A DNA stretch of 64,000 nt from the human T2T-CHM13v2.0 reference genome, Homo sapiens. The notes under the pieces were generated by a model, which worked only from the letters and a program-made list of their open reading frames with translations, did not search any database and was not told where the DNA came from. Positions 25,980-42,814 of this stretch are shown here, piece by piece. A program made the position numbers and the translations under genes. How positions within the stretch are numbered: the stretch's first letter is position 1; the number at the start of each line of letters is the position of its first letter. The stretch lies in the NCBI RefSeq assembly GCF_009914755.1, contig NC_060925.1; one strand, given 5' to 3'.

Positions 25980-27323
25980 GTGAGTACCAATATACTTCTT
26001 ACTGAACCAAGTAGAGGGGAGAGATCTTATGTAGGCCTAGAATTCCTAAAGTTAGTGATAGAAGCCCTATTACTTAAGTAAAATTCTAGATATAGATAGA
26101 GCTATATAGATAGAGAGTTTGATGTTCTGAGTTCTAACATACTCAGAACAAAGAATGTCATTTACTTTTTTGTTAGTAGTTGGTCTGCTGCATCAGTGCA
26201 TGTTGGTAGTGTTAGAAGGAACTTACAAATGCACATACATAGTTCAGAGTGGGTCACATGACAGGGAAGTGACACAGCCCAGATAGCCCTTTTTCCATGG
26301 TACTGTTTTGGCATCTCTAAAGAAAAATATTGATGAGATGTTAAATTGTTTCTGTATCAAATGTATATGTGTTTTTGTTTATCTTAAACAACTAGAGCAT
26401 GGATATCTTAAAGAAATGAGAAATTTATCTTAATTCTTAAAATTTTTATTTGCTTCAGGTTTTAAAATTTTTTCTTTGCCCACTAATTTTTATTTACATA
26501 TACTTGATACTTACCAAAAAGGCAAGAAGAGTGATACAATGTATAGCCATATAGTCTTTATTTAGGTTCACTAATTTTCAGCATTTTGTATTTGCTTAAT
26601 ATTTGTGATGAAGTAGCAGGCATTACCACATTTTACATCAATACACTTCATGTCTTTTAAGAACATGGCCACAATACCACAATCACACCCCAAAACCTTA
26701 AGTGTTTTAGTAATACTATAATATACTAAGGTACTAAAATTCTTCCAGTTATCCAAAAATGACCTCTAATTCCTCATCAAAAATGATGTATTGGCATTTG
26801 ATCTATCTGTAAGATGGGTAGATTGTTATCCTCATCCTCTTTAATATAAACAAGGAAACCAGGCACAGATAAGACCCAAGGTCATACAGCTAATAACTGA
26901 TAGAACCAGGTTCAAACCCAGGCAACATGGCTCCTGAAACAGTGCTCTTACTATGCTATTCTGTGGCCCTCCTAGGTGGTTAAATGCATAGAATAATTCA
27001 ATAACCGTCATAGGCAGATAACAAATGAAGTATTCATGGGTGTTTAGGAGAAGAGAGATTATTTTTGGTAGGAGGGCTGGTAAGCAAGGAGCCGCTGTGT
27101 ATATAATCTGTTTCTATGAAGGATAACAGTCCGGAAACTAGAAAGAAAGGGATATATGCAAGAGAGTTTAGGATGTATGAATATGTGGTGGCTTAAATTA
27201 CAGTAGTAGAATTGCAATGGGGAGATGTGACTGGATTAGACAGATTTGTGGTAGAATCAATAGGAATTGGTGATGGACTAAAATGGAATAGTGCAATGAA
27301 AGAAGGAAGACAGATTACAGTCA

Positions 27324-27661
<338 letters not shown>

Positions 27662-28248
27662 ACACAGCCATATTTCTGACTTAGCTGCTGAATTGGTGGT
27701 GTTATTCTCGAAGAAAAGCTGCACAGGAATAATAAGCAGATTGGGGATATGTTTAATTGAAGTTGTTGACAGTCCATCTTGATTTCTGCAATTTTTTATT
27801 CGCTTTATTTTCCTTATTTGCCACATGAAACAGATTTAGGCATTATTACCAAGGACATTTTTCAAAATCATATTTCAGAATTATTGCAGGAAAACATCTG
27901 GTGATAAAGACCAAATAGTTTATTGGCAGCTCCAGGAACCCTCTCCTAATGCTTGCCTTCTTGGAACACTTATGTTATTGAACTGAGTAAGAGGACTGTC
28001 TTAAAGTTCTAATGACATACTGCCAAAATTCAAAACCTTTGAGATTGAACCAGAACTTCAGAAAAACAGATGGATACAATTGATGACTGTTTTAGAATAG
28101 CAGATCAATTTTATTTCAATTTCTATTTGTGCATTTGGCTTCATTCCCTTTATTAAATTTTCAAATATAACTAAATGTGTACATTTGGTAAGTCGTTGGG
28201 AAATAATAAGAATGCTTTGCTAAAGTGATGGTTTTGTGCTTTTCCTAG

Positions 28249-28600
28249 GTATGGAGATGGTCCACGTCCTCCCAAGATGGCCCGATACGACAATGGAAGC
28301 GGATATAGAAGGGGAGGTTCTAGTTACAGTGGTGGAGGCTATGGCGGTGGCTATAGCAGTGGAGGCTATGGTAGCGGAGGCTATGGTGGCAGCGCCAACT
28401 CCTTTCGGGCAGGATATGGTGCAGGTGTTGGTGGAGGCTATAGAGGAGTTTCCCGAGGTGGCTTTAGAGGCAACTCTGGAGGAGACTACAGAGGGCCTAG
28501 TGGAGGCTACAGAGGATCTGGGGGATTCCAGCGAGGAGGTGGTAGGGGGGCCTATGGAACTGGCTACTTTGGACAGGGAAGAGGAGGTGGCGGCTATTAA
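28249..28600 (+). CDS. DHX9: DHX9 last coding exon: NLS (YGDGPRPPKMARY) and RGG/GY-rich tail, TAA stop
   Basis: ttcctag acceptor; translation ends GRGGGGY*. Confidence 0.98.
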
Positions 28601-28896
28601 AACTTGGTTATGTCAGTTCCTGTGTGTAGACAGTAAGGAAAAAAAGGCATGCTATGTGTTACGTGTTTTTTCCAGTATGTTTATTTGCCACCAAAAAGTA
28701 AATGCATTTTCACCCATTCTGTGGTTCATTGTAGTTTAAGGAAACCAAGCATATAGATGCATTAGTGATTTTGTTTATATTATGTAAAATATAACGATCT
28801 CTTAAAAATACCACAGTTTGTATTTTTTCTTTAAGGAGTAAAGATTTGCCTTTAAATAACTTGGTATTTTCCTGGCTTTCGTTTAATACAATAGAA

Positions 28897-29270
28897 AATA
28901 AAGTATTACACCGAATACTTGCCGTGTAGTTTGTTTGTTGACCTCGTATGTTAGAAAATTTTACAATGCCAGCTACATCTGTTGATTTTAAATGTCAGAG
29001 AAGTTGTACCCTGTTTCAAAAGTATACTAAGTGATACTACTTGTAATAGAATAAATCATCTTGGAATTGAATTGTTACCTTTTGAAGTAAATACTGGCAA
29101 GTGCACAAGCCACATAAACCTGAATAAAACTTTTGACCTAGGGTTGAACATTTGGCTTCCTCCCATATTCTGTCTTTGAATAAGACCAAGGCCAGCATTT
29201 TCTTTTCTAAGTTAGTTTCCACGATGACAATTAAAAGCAATAAAATCAATCCATAGAACTCTTGAATAAA
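28897..29270 (+). terminator. Cluster of DHX9 polyadenylation signals
   Basis: AATAAA at 28897, 29050, 29123, 29239 and 29265, ATTAAA at 29230; GT/T-rich tract after the first (gtgtagtttgtttgttg). Confidence 0.75.
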
Positions 29271-29409
29271 AGGTAAATGAAGCTTCACTGATGTGACACA
29301 TTTACCTACCTTACTGTGTTGCAAAAGGTTTTTGTTAAGCTACTTTGTTTTAATAGAGATATTCATACATTTATAGCACATTACAGTTTCCAGTGAATTT
29401 TTTCACATT

Positions 29410-30130
29410 TCTCATTTGAGCAAGATACAGTGGAGAGGGCAAAGGTACTGGATTACACAGAACTGGGTTTGTCTTAATTCTGTTCTCAACCATGTGGATG
29501 ATCTTGGGCATATTTTTGTTTTGGTTTCCTTTTCAAAGTCCTTTATCCTGCATACATGTTTTAGATCACCTTCAGCAATTATTGTTAAGCTGATGGCACC
29601 TATCTGCAGACTCACAAGTCTGTCTCCAACCGAAATTTCCTTTCTGAGCCATGTAAACAACTGCACACTGAACATGCGTCTCTGCTTAAATATCCCACAG
29701 AAAAAAATCTCAGTGCCTTCCAAACTGACCTTCCCCTCCCCACCTACCCTGTGTCCTGACAGTACTATGTTCTCTGCTCTGCTCTTTGGAGTTTCAGCTG
29801 CTTAATTGCTTAAGCCACCATCTCTAGTCAGCTCAAAATATCTTTCAATATACTTTTATAGTTGAGTTGCCTCTGTTCTATTCAGTCTTAGTTTGGACAT
29901 ACAGTGCCACAGCAACTTAACTGATCCTGCCTACAGGCCTGCCTCAAGATGATCTCCACTACAGCTACAGTAAACATTCCCAAACAAATCCAGTTTCATA
30001 CCCCCTCTCCTGACTTAAACTAATGGTTCTTAACTGCCATCAGGGTAGAGGCTAAACTCCCTTCTTAGCCACTCACTCCGGCTCTACCTTCATTTCTGCT
30101 GTACAGCTGTAGCTAGCCAAACTGAACTAG
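29410..30130. mobile_element. MIR and L2 remnants
   Basis: MIR-like 29410-29510; L2-like ctttctgagc...aaatatcccacag...ctccactacagc. Confidence 0.5.
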
Positions 30131-30774
30131 CACCATCGATTGATCATGAGCTTTCTCTCCCTTTGCAAGTTGTGAAAACTCCCATAAAAGGTATAAAATC
30201 AGTAATGGTTCATTTGAATGGTACTCATCCCTCCAACAAATTCAATTAGAAATGTAAATTGATAAATGGCCAAAAGTTGTCAAAGTGCATTCTCTGAAGG
30301 TTGAAAGAAGCACTAAGGCACAGTTCTAACGTTACCATGTTCAGCTAAAGACCTGAGGAGCTCCATGTGTAGCTTCCCCCGGTCTTGTGCCCCACATATT
30401 CCAGCTGTCCTCCCTAAACTCGTTTGTCTCTTAACCGCAGTGCTCTGCTTGGTACTTTCTCCCTCTGCCATGACCCAGAAAGTGCTTCCACATAGCCATG
30501 GACTTGTCTCATTTGTTTTCCTTATTGGGGATCACAGTTCTGCATTGCCTGTTACCTAATGTCTGAAAGCAGCTGTTTCACTAGTTGCTTACATGGGAGG
30601 AAAAGTTCAGTGCCATTTGTATTTGTCATAGCTGTAAGTGGGAATCCAGTTACCAAAGAATCCATCATAAGGTCCAGAAATCATTCCTTTTCTTAGATGA
30701 GACTTAAAAGAGCAGAAGGCTACGTAGAGTATTTTGTGACATTAATACCTTGAGACATCAACCACTGTTTAATT

Positions 30775-31061
30775 TCTTTTTTGAGGCAGGGTCACCCAGG
30801 CTGGAGTGTAGTGGCACAATCTCAGCTCACTTGCAACCTCTACCTCCCAGGCTCAAACAATCTTCCCACCTCAGTCTCCTAAGCAGTGGATAGCTGGGAC
30901 CACAGGCCCCTGCCACCACCACACCCAGCTAATTTTTGTATTTTTTGTAGAAATGGGTTTTCACCTGCCCAGGCTGATCTTGAACTCTTGACCTCAGGCA
31001 ATTCACCTGCCTCGGCCTCCCAAAGTGCTGGGATTACAGGCATGAGCCACCACAGCCCGCC
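30775..31061 (-). mobile_element. Alu, antisense
   Basis: Reverse Alu body. Confidence 0.9.
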
Positions 31062-32834
31062 TTCATTTCCTTTCTTAGCCATCTCTACATTTTGCTTAGA
31101 ACAAAGACAATAGTTAAAGAATGTCACAGCAAGTGTGCAATGACTGAAAGTTCTTCCAAAATGAGAGCTTGAATACACACCGTTCCCATTCAGGAAATGG
31201 GAGAGAATTCGAGGAAAAAATAATGTAGAAAGTTTTCTGCTTACCACCCCTTCTCTCACAGCACATATCTGCCGGGGTTTGGGGGTAATAAGAGTTGGCA
31301 GTGACAATTGAGTCAGCCCTTCTAGAAGTTCAGACAGGAAAGAGTGGCCTGATGTGCACGTGTTTGGTCTGTGGTTGACAGTTTGAAAGTTAACTGGAAG
31401 AAAAAGCTGATGTGCCAATTGCAGGAAGCCATGCTGCAGACCTCCCTGCGTTAACAGAATGTGTAGGTACAGTGTCCTCAAGTAAGCAGCTACAATTTGG
31501 TGGGATCTTTTGTGCTGTGAAGCTACACTCCAGACCCTCTGAATGTCACCGATGCCATAGGAACAGATCAGAATATGAATAGTTGTGCCAACTTAGGGGT
31601 CAGCCCAGACAACAAGAAAGAAGACATTAACTTTAGCCAAGCATGTATTTGAATACCAATTTCCCTCTTTCTGAATCTGGAAACAGAATTGGGACAGGAG
31701 GATAGTAAAGAAAACCAAAAATGGAATTTCTAATTTGGAACTGATGTGAATTTTGGTTTTGACTGGGAAAACGGCTCCTGAATTCTACTGTATTTACCAG
31801 AAAGACTTAGACTTGAATTACTGTCCAGAAGACAAAAAGGGAAGTTTTTTAAAGTTGTATTTGTGTAACTTTCATATTTGCAGACTGTTCTATTACATGT
31901 AGTATAAAATATTTCTGGACCATGTGGGGAAAATTTAATATTGAATCTCAAAGTTAACTGAGGTTACCTGAATTTCTGAGACTATTTTAGTGATAATTTA
32001 GCTTCTAAGAAAAGATGTTGAGGAGAGGTGGAGCAAGATGGCTGAATAAAAGCCTCCAGTGATCATCTCCCTGCAAGAACACCAAACTGAAAACTATCCA
32101 CACAAAAACCTTTGTAAGAACTAAAAATCAGGTGAGCGATCACAGTACCTGGAAAGAGGTATATTGAGGAAAGAGGCACGGAAGAAGGTAGGAAAGACAG
32201 TCTTGACTGGCCTACATCACCACTTCTCTATGCCCTGGCAGCGGCCACATGGCGCAGATAGAATCTGTGTGCCTGGCAGTGGGGGAACAGATTGTGAGAC
32301 TGCGTTGGAACTCAGTGCTACTCTATCACAGTGCAAAGAAGAATTTAGCCCACGCCCATGGAGGAAACATTTATACCTAGCCAGAGATAGCTAGGTATAT
32401 TGATACCTAGACACCTAGATATTTATAGCCAGAGATGAATTGTCCTTCCCAGTAGTTGGAACCTGACTTCTGGCAAGCCCTGCCACTGCAGACCAAAGTG
32501 CTCTGGGGTCCTAAATGAAAGGCAGTCTAGGCCACAAGGACTGCAATTCCTGGACAAGTCCTGGTGCTGTGCTGGGCTCTGAGCCAGTTCACTTCAGGTA
32601 CACACAACCTAGTGAGACGCCAGCTGGGGCAGCCAATGGAGTGTTTACGTCACCCCTCCCCCAAAACAGAAAGCACAGCTTGTGGCTTCTAGAAGGACTC
32701 CTTCCTTCAGCTGAAGAATGGTTCAACATATGCAAATCAACCAATGTGATAAATCATATCAACGGGATGAAGGACAAAAAACATGATAATTTCCATTAAT
32801 GCTGAAAAAGCATTTGTTAAAATTCAACCATCCC

Positions 32835-32997
32835 GTGGGGTGGGGGGAGGGGGGAGGGATAGCATTAGGAGATATACCTAATGTAAATGACTAGTTAGTG
32901 GGTTCAGCACACCAACATGGCACATGTATACATATGTAACAAACCTGCACGTTGTGCAAATGTACCCTAGAACTTAAAGTATAATTAAAAAAAAAAA
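32835..32997 (+). mobile_element. 5'-truncated L1PA 3' end (~163 bp)
   Basis: gtggggtggggggaggggggagggatagcattaggagatatacc...A-tail; TSD caaccatccc. Confidence 0.92.
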
Positions 32998-33827
32998 CAA
33001 CCATCCCTTCATGATTTAAATAAAACCCTCAAAAAACTGGGTATAGAAGGACATACCTCAATACAATAAAATCCACATATGACAGACCCACAGCTAGTAT
33101 CATACTGAATGGGAAAGGACTTTCCTCTAAGATCTAGAACAAGACAAGGATGCCACTTTCACCGTTGTTATTCAACATAACTGGAAGTCCTAGCTAGAGC
33201 AATGAGACAAGAGAAAGAAATAAAGGGCAACCAAATTGGAAAGGAAAAAGTCAAATTATCCTTGTTTGCAGATGATATGATCTTATATTTGGAAAAACCT
33301 CAAGACTCCAGCAGAAAAACTACTGGAACTGATAAATTTGGTAAAGTTGCAGGATACAAACAGACATACAAAAATCAATAGCATTTCTATGCCAGCAACA
33401 AACAATCTGAAAAAGAAATCAAGAAAGTAAGTCAATTTATAATAGCTACAAATAAAATAAAATATCTAAGAATAAACTTCACTGAAGACATGAATGATCT
33501 CTACAATAAAAACTATAAAACACTGATGCAAGAAATTGAAGAGGACACCAAAAAATGGAAAAATATTCCTGTTCTTTGACTGCAAGAATCGATATTGTTA
33601 AAATGGCCATACTACCCAAAGCAATCTACAGATTCAATGCATTCTCTATCAAAATACCAATGACATTCTTCACAGAAATAGCAAAAATAATTCTAAAATT
33701 TAAATGGAACCACAAAAGACCCAGAATAGCCAAAGTCATCCTGAGCATAAAGAACAAAACTGGAGAAATCACATTACCTGACTTCAGATTATACTGTAGA
33801 ACTATAGGAACCAAAACAACATGGTAC

Positions 33828-34939
<1,112 letters not shown>

Positions 34940-35186
34940 TTACTTGCATGAAAACAGGTACATAGACTCATGGAACAGAATAGAGAAATTAAAACAGTTG
35001 AACTCATGGAGATAAAGTAATGGTTACCAAAGGCTGGCAAGGGTAGTGGTGGTGGTAGGAAAGTGGGGATGGTTAATGGGTACACAAATATTGTTAGATT
35101 GAATGAATAAGATTTAGAATTTGGTAGCACAACAGGGCAACTACAGGCAACAATAATTTACTGTACATTTAAAGAAAACTAAAAGT

Positions 35187-37498
<2,312 letters not shown>

Positions 37499-37737
37499 AA
37501 AGATAACTAAAAGTGTATAATTGTATTGTTTGTAACAAAAAGAAAGAATAAATGCTTGAGGTGATGGGTGCCCCATTTATTGTGTGTGGTTATTACTCAT
37601 TGCATGCCTGTATCAAATTATCTCATGTACCTCATAACTATATACACCACTATGTATACACAAAACTAAAGATTAAAAAAATAAATTTTAAGACATAGAA
37701 AAAAGATGTAAAAAGAATCTTTACTTCCTGGGAACTG

Positions 37738-37850
37738 ACTAGAGTTGCCAAATGCCTCAATTGGCCCAGGACTATCTGTTTTCCTAAGACAGAAGAAGTG
37801 CTAAAACTGGGAAAATCCTGGGCAAACTGGGATGAATTGGTCATCCTAGG
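37738..37850. mobile_element. MER81-like (hAT-Blackjack) MITE
   Basis: tagagttgcca...gtgctaaaactggg...gggcaaactgggatgaattggtcatccta. Confidence 0.65.
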
Positions 37851-38140
37851 ATTTATCTTAAATGGAAGCACTTTTAGGAATTTTCAAACTTTGAAATTCC
37901 ATATTTCTTTCATACCTAGAAATAAATTTAAGATAAAGGTAACAAAGCAGTTGGCTATATAATCAAATGTTAAATGTTTCTCATCTTAACAGGCATAACT
38001 GTAAAACATTTTTCATGCTAACATGTAAAAAATAACCAATAAATACATTATTTTAGTTTTACATTTTTGTGTTAATATAATACATTATATGTACATTATA
38101 ATATATATCTATTATATAATAAATAATCTCACATCTCAAG

Positions 38141-38438
38141 TTTTTTTTTTTTTTTTTGAGATAGAGTCTCACTCTGTCACCAGGCTGGAGTGCAATGGCG
38201 CCATCTCGGCTCACTGCAATCTCCATCTCTCCCAGGTTCAAGCAATTCTCCTGCCTCAGCCTCCCAAGTAGCTGGGATTATAGGCACACGCAACCATACC
38301 CAGCTAATTTTTGTATTTTTAATAGAGACAGGGTTTCACCATGTTGGCCAGGATGGTCTCGATCTCTTGACCTGGTGATCTGCCCACCTCAGCCTCCAAA
38401 AGTGCTGGGATTACAGGCGTGAGCCACCACGCCAGGCC
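38141..38438 (-). mobile_element. AluS, antisense
   Basis: Full reverse Alu. Confidence 0.93.
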
Positions 38439-38439
38439 A

Positions 38440-38697
38440 AGAATCTTATTTTTTTAAATATATGTATTTAAATATATATAATATATAAGAATATATACAT
38501 ATTTAAATATTTAAGAATAAGTATATATATTACACTATATATTATTTATATATTTAACTATATAGTTTATAGATTATATTATCTAGTATATAATCATACA
38601 TAGTTCTTATATATGATTATTAACTTTTAACATATAAAATATATATTTTAAAAGTTAAGAATCATATATATATAATTATATATATAAAGTTAAGAAT
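38440..38697. repeat. AT-rich palindromic low-complexity tract
   Basis: Nearly pure A/T with internal inverted repeats. Confidence 0.85.
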
Positions 38698-39165
38698 CTT
38701 GAGATGTGAGATTACCCTGGATCATCCAGGCAGGGTCAATCTAATCATATGAGTCCTTAAAAGTGGAAGAGGGAGGTAGAAGAAGGAGTCAGGGAGATGA
38801 GACAAAAGAATAGACAAGAGACTCAGAGGAGAGACACTTGATCCACTGTTGCTGGCTTTGAAAATGGATGGAGGCCATGAGCCAAGGAATGCAATCGGCC
38901 ACCAGAAACTCAGCTGTCAACCGTCAAGGAAACAGGGAACTGAATCCTACAACTACAAGGAACTGAATTCTGTCAACATCCAAATGAACAAGGAAACAGA
39001 TCCTTCCCTAGAGCATCCAAAAAGGAATGCAGGCCTGTCAACACTTTGATTTTGGCCCAGTGAGACCCATGTCAGATTTTTGACCTACAGAACTGTAAGA
39101 TTATAAATCTGTGTTAAGCCACTAAGTTTGTGGTGACTTATTATGACTGCAATGGAAAACTAACA
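38688..39165 (+). mobile_element. MLT1 (ERVL-MaLR) LTR, 5' end missing
   Basis: gttaagaatcttgagatg...ctacagaactgtaag...aagccactaagtttgtgg...aactaacaca. Confidence 0.8.
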
Positions 39166-39712
39166 CAATATATACAATATATAAATTCAGTCTTTCATTT
39201 ATAAGGTATAGGGGGAAAAGTAGGGGTGGAAAGGTAGAAGAGGAAAAAAATTAATTTTATGAAATATCAAAATTCTTAGAAAATCTTAAAAATGCTTTAT
39301 GCACGTTTTAGAATCATGAAACGAAAAAACAGCATCACCATATTCTGTAGTTGGCCTGGGAAAAGACAAATAGGTTAGAAACCAGTGGCAGCAACAGAAG
39401 GGAGGTAGATGGCCAGAGTAAGAAGTTTGTTTACACAAGGCTACTGCTTTTATTGTATACCTTCAAAGATATTACTTTGCCCATTACCTATTCTTTCTGA
39501 AGCCAAAAACTGAGAAAGGTAGGGGAAGAGGATGGAAAAGGAAAATCCCCACCCTTAATACTCACTACGTTCATTATAGAAAGATGTTTCTTGTTAAGGC
39601 CCCCAAGGACAATCCTGGAATTATTTTAACAAGTCTTTGTGTACACAGACTATGTATAATCAAAATCTATGGAACTGCCTATAGGTTTTCTTCTTTTAAA
39701 AAAGTGCTGTTG

Positions 39713-40082
<370 letters not shown>

Positions 40083-41047
40083 TCAGCGTAACCTTTGTTA
40101 GGTTACACATAACATGAAGTAAAAGTCAAAAGTTTAAGTATTTAAGCCTGAATGCTTAAATTTCTTTTTATATTCTTAAGTCAACATAAGCTCTGCTTTG
40201 GGAAAAGACCATTCGTTGTTTCTTAGAAAATCAACTCTCTATTTTAGAGGCCACATGACCATCCAATGTAAAGATTATATTTCTCATTTGCAGCTAAGCG
40301 TAGCCACATAATAACATTCTAGGTAGAAGCATGAAAGTCAAAATAATGTGTGCAACTTTGAAGAAAGGTTCTTTCCCTTCTGCTTGGCTGAAAACCAGGC
40401 ATGAAAGCTTGATTACCAATTGCTGTCTTGGATCGTATAGTGATTTTTCATGGAAATCTTACAATCGTGAAACAATATAGAAGAAACCTGAATTTCTGAC
40501 AACGCAAAACACCTACCTACCTACATACCTACCTACCAGCCCTACGCTGAGTTCCCACAAGGAACATCTATTAGCCCTATTCTCTGCAACTATTGACTAT
40601 GAGGGAGAAATACATTTCTGTATTGTTTACCTCTCTTATTTTGGATTTCCTTGTTTCTTGCTGTTGAATCTATCCTATTTTTTTCTTTTTTTCACTTTTT
40701 TCTTCTAAAATGTATAAGAATGAGCTTAAAGAACCTATCTTAATATATGACATATTATCTTATTCTGGTTACTGTGAATTAGCGATAAATTAAATTTTGT
40801 CTCTTGTCTATATGGAACACCTAATGCTTTTTATTGGAGGAGTATTAGAAAACAATATTTAAAACCATATTTGTTTCTGGATTAAATAGTGATGACTGTA
40901 CTATATACTAAAAATATACTAATATCATTGAATTGTACACTTTGTAATGTGTGAATTTTATGGCATGTGAATTATATCTTAATAAAGCTGTTATTTTAAA
41001 AATATGTAAAATGAATCATTCAGTGAAAGCATGATATTTAAATATTT

Positions 41048-41053
41048 TTTAAT
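41048..41053 (-). terminator. Probable SHCBP1L polyA signal ATTAAA
   Basis: Plus-strand tttaat about 100 nt past the stop; an AATACA variant is also present at 41099-41104. Confidence 0.55.
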
Positions 41054-41149
41054 TAAGCTTTGAATTGAAACTACCATTTCAGTGGGGTATGAGAATCATG
41101 TATTAAACAAATTTGTGAAATATAAAACTTTAACATCAATTCAGACGCT

Positions 41150-41401
<252 letters not shown>

Positions 41402-41606
41402 CTATTAAATTATTTGAGGAAATTAGTTTTTCAATGATTTTATTTAAAAAATGAAGTAATGAACATATAAAAATTAGCTTAGACTTTATTCTTGGATTAA
41501 CAGATTTTTTAAAACAACCAAGACTCTCAATTTTGAACAAGTGTTAAGTACTGTTTTCATGACACCAACTAACGTAATATTAACTACAAAAAATATTTAA
41601 TAAGAA

Positions 41607-41897
41607 TTTTTTTTTTTGAGATGGAGTCTTGCTTTGTTGCCCAGGCTGGAGTGCAATGACACAGTCTTGGCTCACTGCAACCTCCGCCTCCCGGTTCAAG
41701 TGATTCTCCTGCCTCAGCCACTCAAGTAGCTGGGACTACAAGGCGCGTGCCACCACACCTGGCTAATTTTTGTATTTTTAGTAGAGACGGGGTTTCAATA
41801 TTTTGGCCAGGCTGGTCTCGAGCTCCTGACCTCGTGATCCACCCGCCTTGGCTTCCCAAAGCGCTGGAATTACACGCGTGAGCCACCATGCCCAGCC
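41607..41897 (-). mobile_element. AluS, antisense on + strand
   Basis: Full reverse Alu. Confidence 0.93.
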
Positions 41898-41917
41898 AAT
41901 AACAAAATATTAAATGA

Positions 41918-42065
41918 GCCAGGTGCGGTGGCTCATGCCCTGTAATCCCAGCTCTTAAGAAGGCAGAGGCAGAAGGATAGCTTGAGCCCAGGAGTTCGAG
42001 ACCTGCCTGGGCAATATAGCAAGACCCTATTCTCCACAAAAAGAAAAAGAAAAAAAAAGTGTAAG
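41918..42065 (+). pseudogene. BC200 (BCYRN1) processed retrocopy 1
   Basis: Monomer with BC200 diagnostics cccagctct, ggatagcttgagccc, gagacctgcctgggcaatatagc, ttctcca; A-rich domain ending aagtgtaa (BC200 AAGCGTAA); TSD aaaatatt(a/t)aatga. Confidence 0.85.
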
Positions 42066-42342
42066 AAAATATTTAATGAAGTTTTCAATTTACTTTTATC
42101 AGTTATTGATAAAAACAACTAATTCTGTATGGCAATACAACCCATGAAGCTGATCTCTTATAACATAATAAACATGAAAATAAGTAATTTCAAATAATAT
42201 GTGATTTGGAGAAAATAAGGTAATGTGATAGCATGACTGGGTGGGGAGAGGTTACCACTTGAGTGTTCTTTACATTAAAGGCTTCTTTGAAGAGGGACAA
42301 CCACATTCAGATAGTAATAAGATCTATAGAAAGAGTGTTTCA

Positions 42343-42640
<298 letters not shown>

Positions 42641-42814
42641 AGTGCTTCAGGTGAAGGTAACAGCCAGAACAAGGTTAATAATTTCTGGGAACACAAACAA
42701 AGCCAGTGTGGCTCGAATATAATGTATAAGAGGAAGATTGGAAGGAGATTACGTTGGAGAAAGCAGGGGCCAGATCTTGTCAGATTTTATAAACCATGTT
42801 TATCAAATTTTAAC

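Noticed and set aside
29412-29805. Overlapping 129-aa and 103-aa ORFs after the DHX9 polyA sites
   Set aside because: Lie in MIR/L2 remnants, with no domain or splice support
30879-31481. 200-aa minus-strand ORF
   Set aside because: C-terminal third is Alu-derived, non-ATG start, no recognisable domain
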